Shown piece by piece: positions 51,721-64,000 of a stretch of 64,000 bases of DNA (position 1 is its first letter; the number at the start of each line of letters is the position of its first letter). The stretch covers positions 384,001 through 448,000 of the forward strand of contig CBDBMG010000002.1 of the NCBI GenBank assembly GCA_965207375.1, in the 5' to 3' direction. The notes below the pieces were generated by a model. It worked only from the letters and a program-made list of their open reading frames with translations. It did not search any database and had not been told where the DNA came from. This DNA is from Nitrosopumilaceae archaeon (GTDB lineage: Archaea; Thermoproteota; Nitrososphaeria; Nitrososphaerales; Nitrosopumilaceae). A program made the position numbers and the translations under genes.

Positions 51721-52363
51721 TGTGATTAGATTTGACAAAAGCCAGCTTCCACACACATAACAGCAAGACACACTAGCTTTGCACCATCAAACAATAGCTG
51801 TACACATTAACTAACAGTTCAGACAGATTTTGGTTCTGAAAGTTATATAATTACCCAGGCTGCTTTTGCTGAGGTTTGTTTCTTAGCCTTGTCAGATGTC
51901 CACGAGTACTTGGGTGGTTATTAAATGGCTCCATCTTCCCTGCACAAGCAGACAGCTGGCTGTATATCGCCATACAATGGCCTGGTAAGGTTGCTCATGG
52001 ATTTAGCTGCTTTGTGTAATATGTAGAGCTGAAAATGGCATCGATTGAAGCCAAATTGTTTCCATTTGGTTTTTCAGTTTTAGCCTGCCACTTCATGGCT
52101 CCCTGCCCACTCATAGGAGTGCTATAGTGATATTGGCTAGCTACACCAGTAATAAAACTATCTAAAATGGTGCATGGGTTATTATATTCCTAGTTATATC
52201 CGTTCAACAGTTAGTCCATAGATATAGATTATGAATAGCTATAGAATCGTGGCAAATTGCCTGCAAGCACCTGTTTTCCTTTACAAGATATAATGCTTCG
52301 AATAGGTGTTTCTAAATATTTATAATTGTGTGTGGAAGCCAGCTTCTCTCAAATCCAGTCACA
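51721..52363. mobile_element. TGTGAC-family MITE in a KDZ intron
   Basis: Ends tgtgattagatttgacaaaagccagcttccacacac / gtgtgtggaagccagcttctctcaaatccagtcaca. Confidence 0.75.
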
Positions 52364-52971
52364 ATTGTGCTTTAATTTTGAGTACGTATGTCACTGGCAA
52401 GGGATGCAGAACCATGCAGGTGGCTATATCTAGGAAGGCTGGAGCTCCTTATATTTGAAATACAGGTACATACCCTTGCATGAACAGGGAGTGCTATTGG
52501 TATGTTTATAATCACTGCATCATACAATTACGTACCTCAGCTTAATATTAGCTATAGTTACAGCCATGAATGCTTGTATGCATGCACTTGAGCCTCAAAG
52601 TTATGAACTATACAGATACATACGTAGCTATTAGCTGCTCAGTAAAAGCAGACCCATCAACTTTCGGCAGTGGTACTCTGGTAATCAGTTAGTTTATTGA
52701 TGGAGTGTAGCTGTAGCTACAAAAACTATTCTTACCCATTATGTGCATATGTGGTGGCTTTTGGCAAATCTGGTCACATAAATGTACAAGGTTTACTTCT
52801 GAATCACATGTCACTGAATAGTTCAAGGGGTTATCAACTCTTAAATGGGTTATAGATTTCAAAATTTCACTGATAATTAAGAATTTCATTGCTCACATTG
52901 CATTCCTAGATGTTCCTTTTGCATTTCTTCATAAATGCTACATAGCCTTTTGAATATAAGTACATGCATGC

Positions 52972-54107
<1,136 letters not shown>

Positions 54108-54121
54108 ATATATATATATAC

Positions 54122-55044
54122 ACTAGAATAATAAAAAATTAAAAATTTAAAAAGTAAGTAGGGATTGAACTTTGGATTCAATAGTGCTACAAAAAGTAAG
54201 GAAACAAGGAATAAGATTTTGGGATGAGAGAACATTCTGGCATGAGATAATTTATAAAAGTTTAATCCCTATTTTTGGCTCACTTCATTCAGTAGGTTTG
54301 CCAAAAGTAGGGATTAAACTTTTATAAATTATCTCATGCCAGAATGTTCTCTCGTCCCAAAATCTTATTCCTTGTTTCCTTACTTTTTGTAGCACTATTG
54401 AATCCAAAGTTCAATCCCTACTTACTTTTTAAATTTTTAATTTTTTATCATTCTAGTTTGTTAACTTTTTATACATGCTAAGCATTCAATAATCTTTTAG
54501 CAGGCGCACAAAATGTTACAGGCGCTTACGTAATAATTATGCTTGTTTACAGGCGCTTGTTAACAATGCGCTGACATGGCAAAGCAGCTGTATGATAGCA
54601 AATAACACTCGAAAAACAGCAAAAGCTATTTGTCCAAGGCTATAATCTCGAAGTTCACGATGTAATAAAGTACACGCGAAAACATCGTGCCACTGTAACT
54701 AATTATATCACGTGCAAGCCAGGTTTTTGTGTGACGCAATAAGCAGAAGCCGTTACAGGCTATCGTCACCTTCGGTGAAATTCGCACCTTGCTAAGGAAT
54801 AAAGAAGAACAAGGAAAGGAATGAAGGATAAAGGGAATCGCCATGGCGCAGTGGGTAAATCGTCTTCGGAATAAGATTTTCGTAAATCCGCCGCCATTAC
54901 CTTTATTGTGTGAAATTTCTGGAGCCCTACACCTAGCGCAACCCGGTCTTACGGCAGGCTGGCTGTCAGGCTGGCAGGCTGTCAGACGAAATACAATTGA
55001 ATTTCGAAATTTTCAAAGTTGGCTGAAATTTTCAAAGTTGGCTA
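54122..55044 (+). mobile_element. Family A element in opposite orientation, palindrome 54122-54457, far end truncated
   Basis: Body matches 1-560; stops at a duplicated ttttcaaagttggct followed by (TA)n. Confidence 0.85.
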
Positions 55045-55733
55045 TATATATATATATATGATATTATATGCATATAATTATTATAGGTACATGTTAAGCC
55101 ATCAAGTTATAATTATTAAAAATAATGTGATCACTTCTCATACAGGATGTGGGCATTTATATTCTTTTGATGGAAATCGGAAGCTAGTCTATCCTGTGTG
55201 CATGTTTAGAGTCCCTAAAGAAGTGACAGGTTTTGCCCATCATCTACGCTATGTTGATACTTGTCCTAATGAACCTGTGTGTGGCCATGCATTCTGTGAA
55301 GTGCATTGTAATGAAGCTGAAGAAAAGAAAATTCCAACAAAATTACGTGACTACCTGAGATACTGTGGCATTTTGAAAGGTACGTACGTAGCTAGCTATA
55401 TATTATAAATGATAGCTATTAGCTCATTGCATTTACCTACTTGTAGCTACGTACATAGCTACATATGTATTATGTAATAACATATAGCTAGCACCAATGT
55501 TACAATGTTTTATTCACAGCTTAGCTACAGTACAGTGTATAGCTTACTACGTAGCTTTCCACCAGATTTCTGTAATCAGTGCACCACTAGCTTCATCTAG
55601 GCAGCCTACTTTCAAAGATAAAAATTTTGAGGATTTTGGGGGACGTTTACAGGACCTCAAAAATATCTTCAAAATTGTAGGATCAGCTAGTCCTAGCTAG
55701 CTATATTGTTTACCACTCGCTTATTCTCGTATA

Positions 55734-56367
55734 TGTGACTGGATTTGCCAAAACCCGACATAATGTCGCAAGAACTGAAATCCAATTTATAGCTTAACAT
55801 GAAAGCCACAACTCGAGCTCCGGCACTATCCAGACACACCAATGACAGGGCTACAGATGGCCAGGTCTGCTTTCACAGGCAGGATTTTGCTGGCCCTGTA
55901 AATGAATGACGGTCCACTACAGGGTACATGGTGCCATTGGGGGGCACTAATAAGGCTGTATGGGGTGTCAAACTGCTGCCAGTGACCGTCTTGGCCTGAC
56001 ATGTTGACTGTGCATGGCTGTTTCTGTGTTTATTGAAGGCACAACGATCCTGTCTCTGTTCCTATGGATGGTATGGTCCGCCTTCTGCTCCCCACCCACC
56101 CCCATCGCCACCCCCTATAAACTAAATCCATGATATTGGTGGAGTTCAAAAAAATTGTCTCAAAATCCAGCAGTATTAGCTAGCTATATATAGGTGGTTG
56201 AATTAGTTATAAAGCACTAGCTATAAGATTACTCTACTTATGCTGTGAGTCAGCTGGCGTCTATGCAGTCAGGCATCAAGGAGCTACAGTAGCTTGAATA
56301 TTTCAAAGTGGTATTTCTCGAAATATGAAATATGCAGTTATGTTGGGTTTTTGCAAATCAGGTCACA
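55734..56367. mobile_element. TGTGAC-ended MITE in a KDZ intron
   Basis: TIRs tgtgactggatttgccaaaaccc / gggtttttgcaaatcaggtcaca; homologue at 15120-16555. Confidence 0.8.
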
Positions 56368-57037
56368 TATTTCTTATCGATCCTTTATACAATAGTCATG
56401 TGTATATATAATAAATTGTATTAATTATGTATATAATTGATCACACATTATGGTTTACTAACATATATATAGATCCAGACTGTGACTCAAGTGCTAATCA
56501 TGAAGATTTAAGTAAGCTTACAGCTGCTGAAGAAAACATGAGTAATAATGATGGAGCAAGAAATGCTTCAGATTGTCAAGGTTGAAAACCTTAAAATCTG
56601 TATTGACATGACAGTATTGTGTGATATATAAAGTTTGTGCTACAATAATCATCCTCCAATTAAGTAACGTATCATACATAACTGGAAAAATGTGACTGTC
56701 TGCAAAATACTCCAAATTTGCACTTGCTGTACTTCAAAAATATCATACTGAAAGAGAAAATGTCTCACATAGGTAGCTAGCTAGAAGTGGGGCAATAAAA
56801 CAAATTTCAATTTGTGTGAGAGCATGTATAGTATGGCTGAGCCAGTCACATATTATGCTATTCATTGCGTTGGCAGTAAAATTACTGTAGCTATAATATA
56901 GCTATAAGCACTGAAATTGGAGATGCATGCATGCATGGTGTTGATAATGAAGTTTTTGCATGACATACTTTAGCAGTTTATATTATGCAGGATAAGGATA
57001 TATTTCAGCATTGAAAAATTCACTAAATTACGTTATA

Positions 57038-57627
57038 TGTGACCGTCTCTGCGAAAACCGGCCTAGTTCACACCTGATAGTAATTAGAGAAACACCTGTT
57101 TAAAATTTTTAAATTGAAATAACCAGCTCTTGCTCGTACTAGGCCACTTTTATTTAGTAGAACTGGACTTAGTAATCTATTGAATAAAATACAATTTACC
57201 TTTGAAGTTGTTCCTCGCTTGATTTTAAGCCTTTTCAGATGATTTTTTTAAAGATGTGCATCAATTTTAGCCCAGCATTACAAGGGGGCGGGTGAGGGCG
57301 GGGGGTGGGGAGGGAGGAGGCTAAAGCTCCCCAGGTGAAGACACAAGGTCCTGAGTTGCCCACAGATGGTCCTGACCATACAACCAGGCCGAAGGGACAT
57401 CATTCCGATTCTAGGCCGATAACATCCAATTGGTACGCTCCACAGGTGTCAATGTGTCGGTCATGATTTTACAGCGCTGTAAATCCTCCCCTCCAAAAAG
57501 CAGACCACTTGAGTCTGGCCATCGGAGACGTGCTGTGTGGATAGCTATTGAGTATAGCTATAAGCTGGGGCAAAAAATAAATTAAATTTTTGTGCGAACT
57601 AGGCTGGTTTTTGCAGAGACAGTCACA
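57038..57627. mobile_element. TGTGAC-ended MITE in a KDZ intron
   Basis: TIRs tgtgaccgtctctgcgaaaacc / ggtttttgcagagacagtcaca; inverted homologue of 18374-19059. Confidence 0.85.
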
Positions 57628-58660
57628 TATTAATTGGATGCAATACATGTATATAATTGTATTATATGTAAGACACGAGTGGGTACATCATAACTAGGAC
57701 ATGTTATATCATCAATATTTTACTACATTTTTAAATAATTATTAGGTACATTATCAGTAATCACATCATACCCACAACTGGGTGCAGAACTAGATAAACA
57801 AAGTGAACTAGATTTTGTGCCAGAGTGCAACAAGGACACTGGCACTAGAAAGCGGATACAGAAATGGAGTCGCGGGCATTTCTTTATCGTTCGTGGAGGT
57901 GGACATATAGATATGTGGCAGCCATTATATCAGTATGTAGCTAATACTTAAATAGTTCCTTTATAGCTTGTGATCTGAGTATAGTAGCTATGTAGTAATA
58001 TTGCAAAGTTCCAGGCAGCCTATATAATTATACGTAGTTAGCTATAGATAGCTACCACTTTGCATTTAGATTTGTGGTAATTAATTAAATGATACCATTT
58101 CTACAAATATAGCTAGTAGCTAAGTAGCAATTGTTTATAGGCTTACAATGCATGTGTACAGTTTGTAGATGGATCTGTATATGTATAGCTACCGCCCTGA
58201 AGTACACATATGTACATGTGTATAATAAATGCATGCTCATGCCTCTGTAAGTTGCAATATATAAAAATTGTTGCATTGTGATCTCAAACAACTGCTCCAC
58301 ACACCAGATTTCTGAACATACGTAGCTATCTAATATGATTGTAGAAGCAATAACTGCATGTGTTTTCTGATACAACCTTAACAATACATGGTGTGTCAGT
58401 AATCATAGTACCTATCTATTTTCACAAAGAAAAATTCACTGAGTATATAGCTATGTTGCTTCATATTTTCAAACTTCTGAGCACAATTATTAGCTATTTG
58501 TTAATTATATAACTCAAGGATAAAAAATTCGAGGATTTTGTGGATGTTTGTATAGCCTCAGTAATATTCTATCCTCAAAATTGTAAGATCAACTAGCTAG
58601 TCCTACTGCTTATACCACTTACTCATTGTTGAAACTTTATCTCTAATAATCCTCAAAATT

Positions 58661-58908
58661 TGTGACCAGAATTTGGAAAATGGTTCCAAATCACACACTT
58701 TTCAGTATATTTATCACTACCACATGAAAAGTATTGCATTCTCAATAATATTTCATAGCACTAGATGGAATTCAATGGTCAAATTACTGAAAGAATGTAA
58801 GAAATACTCTGTAAATACATACACATAAGTAGAAATATCATTAAATACATGCAGAAATACACTGGATTTCATGCATGGTTTGGAACTGTTTTCCAAAATT
58901 CTGTCACA
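58661..58908. mobile_element. Short TGTGAC-ended MITE
   Basis: Ends tgtgaccagaatttggaaaa / ttttccaaaattctgtcaca. Confidence 0.7.
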
Positions 58909-60460
58909 TTTTATATTCTCGAAAACAAGTTGCCCTACGGTGTTTCACCATTTACAACTATTATCAATGCATTTATTATGAACACACACCATATAAGTGA
59001 ATCCCACTCAATATCTGCATCAATTATATACCTAAAACCATACCAGTGTTATAGCACTAAGTGCATGTTACAAGATCATGTGACTGGATCATATGACTAG
59101 ATTTTATCAAAATGTAGCTATAGGGATAACTTTTGCGGTTTTGCTATATAACCTATAGTTTTGCCAAAGAAAAACAAAGCAGCTATTCTAGGAAAAACTT
59201 TCACATTTTATTGAAAATCTGCAAAAACCACAAAAGTTTTAATTTGTACTGCGAAACTTTTGTCATTTATGGTGTGATGATCTAGTAGTATAAAATTAAT
59301 AACTTATCAGTATAACCAAGAGCTACGTATATTAACACTATTTTGTTTCATCTAGATCTGAAGGGCCTGCACAGGTATTTTTGATAATCCTTGCATGGAT
59401 GGTTGCAGCATTGGGAAAACTTTCCAGGGATGAACGAAAGAAGATCACTGTATCCTATGACAATATGTGCCACATTGACTCCCTGCATGTAGCCAGAAGA
59501 CCTCTGCCTCTACCTGGAAACTTAAGTCATCTTTGGTTAGATGTGAACAAAATAATCGATTCTTTACACATTAGAAATCACCGAGACAAAAAGTGCCATG
59601 AAAAATATCACCCAAGTCAAGTTAAAGACAGCAATGAAACTTACAATACCATGAGTTGCGAACAGACGTTTGCCTGGATTTCCAGGTTTAAAAAGATAGT
59701 CTGTTCCATGGGAAAGAGGCATCATCATTTCTACCTTCACAGAATGGTGAAGCGAAGAAATAAATATATAGCATTTTGCTATAAGCATAACAAGAACCCA
59801 GTACAACCAAAACTACATTAATATAGCTAATTATGTGCTGACTAAGATATACATGTGTACTAGTTATAATCAAACATGTTAATCATCATACTCATATGAT
59901 TGATTATCTATTTGTGGCTAGGTAATTAATGTGCTAGTTAATGTTTTCATGAATATTGGTATACTATAGCTACGTATGCCGTGAAATAAAATCTTAAAAA
60001 TGCATGTGTATATGTACATGTGTGAGTGCATAGAAAATATTAATACAGGTGTATGTACAATATACTTTTTATATCCTGTTGAAACACATATGATACATTA
60101 TAGCTATACAACTAACTAGCCTATGACTAAATTTATAATTATCGTGTATGTAGCTAGTTCCAATTGCCATATTCACACTTTCAAGCAGGCACAAGGCTGT
60201 ATGGAATGATCTTTGAATCATCTAAGTGTACCTGAAAGCTAACGTTGATACTGCATGGGCAGCCAAGCTTGCAATTGGTGAGGTGTCATCTAGACTGAAC
60301 TGGTCATTTGTCACCATATCATATCAGTGTGTATCAGCCTTAAATAACTACCAGCTAATGCTAAAGTATGATAGTGGAAAGATTGACTTATTTTGATGAT
60401 TGTATGGCTGTTGATTCATCAAACTGTTCTCATCATTATATAGTAATGCAATACATACTT

Positions 60461-61217
60461 ACTGTATGCTTGGGTACCTTAAAACAGTAGAAAACCATAA
60501 AAACCATAAAAACCATTAAAACCATATGCTATTCCATCACCTGACCATGCAACTGTTTGCTTGGGTACCTTAAAACAGTAGAAAACCATAAAAACCATAA
60601 AAACCATAAAAACCATATGCTATTCCATCACCTAACCATGCAACTGTTTGCTTGGGTACTTTAAAACCCCAGAAAACCATAAAAACCATAAAAACCATTA
60701 AAACCATATGCTATTCCATCACCTAACCATAATAACCATAAAAACCATATGCTATTCCATCATCTAACCATGCAACTGTTTGCTTGGGTACCTTAAAACA
60801 CTAGAAAACCATAAAAACCATAAAAACCATTAAAACCATATGCTATTCCATCACCTAACCATAATAACCATAAAAGCCATATGCTATTCCATCATCTAAC
60901 CATGCAACTGTTTGCTTGGGTACCTTAAAACACTAGAAAACCATAAAAACCATAAAAACCATGAAAACCATATGCTATTCCATCACCTAAACTCTGTTTG
61001 CATGGGTACTTTAAAACCCACGAAAACTTAAAAACCCTATATTGTTGTACATGCCTGTTACGTACCTATGTTGTATATTTTTATCAGTCCATCTGTTTGT
61101 ACAGACAAATTAAGTGCAAAGTAAAATGTAAAACTAGCTATTGGCTCCAGCTGAAGTTGCATGGTGAGATATAGCTAGCTAACTAGCTAACTAGCTAAAA
61201 ACCTTCAAAACCTGGTT
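60461..61217 (-). repeat. Right inverted repeat: ~530 bp of the same satellite plus ~230 bp unique sequence
   Basis: Reverse complement of the outer part of 41052-43949. Confidence 0.95.
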
Positions 61218-61684
61218 CCTCAAATACTTTTCAATGCCTATTATGCCCAAAATTATGCTGGCATAATCGGGACATCCCTACTACTTGCATCATGTATGGT
61301 CCAACTTTAAATTCATAATATTGGATGTGCAGATAAGATCTGTTTGTGCAGGCCCAGTCAACTTTCTACTTGTAATGTATGTACGTAGCTATATATATAG
61401 TACGGGATATTTAATATTAGCTAATGAATGGAAATGCACATCCTGAACACAACGTAGCTATGTTAGTTGGGTTATTATTCAAAATTAATGAGTCCAAAAT
61501 GCCTTGGCCATATTAGCTACACATGTACAATGCTGCTTATGATAACATGGTACACAGGATAGCTATAATTATGCACTGTTAAATGTTCTAGTTTGATATG
61601 ACTACTATGCAATTTTGTACATCATACCGTCATGTTGTACAAGTGAATGGATTTAGAGCATAATAACTGCCAGATATACGTAAT

Positions 61685-61830
61685 ATCATTAAGTACGGTA
61701 GTACTTAATAGTAGGGATCGATAAGGAATGTATGGAATGCAGAATTTTCGCACGTCTAGAAACCCACCTTACAATAAGCTCAGTTTAGCCAAAAAAACCA
61801 ACTTAAACGCACTGGTACAGCTATAGTAAT
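61685..61830 (-). mobile_element. Diverged terminal fragment related to family A
   Basis: Begins atcattaagtacggtagtacttaatagtagggat, then diverges. Confidence 0.6.
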
Positions 61831-63100
61831 AATTAGATAATTCATAGCTAGCTAGCTAGCTAGCTACCACTGCAAAATTCAGAAATATTTTTATACAGTC
61901 TGTGATTTTTATACGAAGACCAATGCAAATTCAACTATAGTTACCTTATTTGCTCTAGCTATTGTAAGTGATTTAGCAATATAGGACAAACTATAGCAAG
62001 GATTAGTTAATAATGGCTACTTGGCAACTTCAACTCAGTGATTCTCAACCATAGTCAAGAAAGGATCACAGAAGTCTCATTTTGCTATTGTAAGTTAGCA
62101 AAACTCTGAAACATAACTATCAGTGGCACTCACTTTGGCAGTTTTGGCCTTTGATTATAGAGCTAGCTAGCTAGAACCATGACTCCGATACTGCATGATG
62201 CCTCTAATGTTGACCATGAGCTGCATAGCTAGCTACATACATACATCATACATTGTCACCATGCATGTGATGAATGATGACATACAATCAATATGAATGT
62301 AGCTAGCTAGCTACGTAGCTATAGCTAGTTCATGCATGGTTATATGCGAGGTGATAGCTAGCTATGTAACTATGTAACACACCTCGGCTGAGAATACAAT
62401 GAGAACTGTGGATCCACCACAGAATATGAGTGAAGTAGCTAGCTAGTTACAGCTGGTCAAACTAGCTAGCTATAGCTCAGTGTCACAGTGTATAATTAAC
62501 CACAGTATAGGTGACATTATAATAATTATTATAATCTCAGTATCGTTGGTAGCTAAGTGCCAGTTGATTTATGATTCTTGCAACGCTTATATAGCTACCT
62601 AGGTGCACAGTTCTTGGATAGAAAGTATTTTTGAGGGTGGATATATTTTATTGAGCTAGCTACATAGCTTTAAATCTTCTGAAGCCATACAGTAAACGCC
62701 AATAGTAAATTCACTGTGATAAGCACCGACCGCGCGGGAGGTTTATCTTTGCCCAGTGACTATACACATGATGAGCGCATGTCAGTGATTATAATTAGCT
62801 ACTATTAAACAGTTAGCTACGTATTTTATTCATTTAGCTAATAGCAATGTATCATCACTGAGAATTACTATTGATAGATACCATAAACGATAAAACTTTT
62901 AAGGGAAAACTCATTATGTAGCTAGCTATATAGGGAAAACTATTGAAAGTCTATGAAAACCACGAGTTTTCACTTTTCACCCTCAAAAGTTTAGTGTTGT
63001 TTACTATATTCATTACAACCAAGTAATTCATATAGCTAGTTACATTTATAGCTGTTATATATAGCTATATACATACAATTATTAAAATTATTAGCTAACT

Positions 63101-64000
63101 ATCATTAAGTACGACAGTACTTAATAGTAGGGATTGGTAAGAAATTGTACGGTTTCGGGAAAATTTCGCGCTGTAAAAATCAACCTTGCAATAGGCTTTA
63201 CCCGAAAAAACCAGCTGGAATGCATTGGTAAGGCTGTAATGATGCTGTACCTTGGTTAAACGAAACGACAAGTCGAATATTTCGACCTACAGCCAAATTT
63301 GAAAATTTCGAAATTCACCTGTATTTCGTCTGACAGCCTGCCAGCCTGCCGTAAGACCGGGTTGCGCTAGGTGTAGGGCTCCAGAAATTTCACACAATAA
63401 AGGTAATGGCGGCGCATTTACGAAAATGTTATTCCGAAGACGATTTACCCATTGCGCCATGGCGATTCCCTTTATCCTTCATTCCTTTCCTTGTTCTTCT
63501 TTATTCCTTAGCAAGGTGCGAATTTCACCGAAGGTGACGATAGCCTGTAACGGGCTTCTGCTTATTGCGTCACACAAAAACCTGGCTTGCACGTGATATA
63601 ATTAGTTACAGTGGCACGATGTTTTCGCGTGTACTTTATTACATCGTGAACTTCGAGATTATAGCCTTGGACAAATAGCTTTTGCTGTTTTTCGAGCGTT
63701 ATTTGCTATCACACAGCTGCTTTGCCATGTCAGCTCGTTGTTAACAAGCGCCTGTAAACAAGCATAATTATTACGTAAGCGCCTGTAAAATTTTGTGCGC
63801 CTGCTGAATGATTAATATGAATGCTTAGCATGTGTAAAAAGTAAACAAACTAGAATGAGTAAGAATTTAAAGGTAAGTAGGGATTGAATTTTGGATTCAA
63901 TAGTGCTACAAAAAGTAAGGAAACAAGGAATAAGATTTTGGGACGAGGGAACATTCTGGCATGAGATAATCTATAAAAATTTAATCCCTACTTTTGGTTC
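63101..64000 (-). mobile_element. Family A element; palindrome begins at ~63848 and runs off the window
   Basis: Colinear with 53011-53955. Confidence 0.85.

Overview
AT-rich eukaryotic genomic DNA with GT-AG introns; the style suggests an invertebrate, possibly a sponge (inference only). Almost the whole window is nested mobile DNA. In order: (1) a spliced Ser/Thr kinase gene (1176-4136) with YRD and DFD motifs; (2) two unrelated families of non-autonomous elements that end in 300-400 bp palindromes occurring as flip/flop isomers; (3) a 4.2-kb foldback element with 9-bp-minisatellite TIRs and an 8-bp TSD, inserted in a kinase-like pseudogene; (4) many MITEs; (5) a decayed Ngaro/DIRS-type tyrosine-recombinase retrotransposon (26953-40930) carrying four later insertions, including an intact CRE-like non-LTR element and a deleted pogo-like element; (6) the main candidate for an undescribed system, a ~20-kb unit (41052-61217) bounded by inverted satellite-containing repeats. 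It holds two divergent, intron-rich genes 175 bp apart: a KDZ (Kyakuja-like, CxC5/CxC6) transposase and a phage/plasmid-type AAA+ helicase-like ATPase with a putative C-terminal PHD finger, whose Walker A motif is split by an intron and so is invisible in the ORF track. All splicing and translations were done by eye; family assignments rest on motif recognition, not searches.
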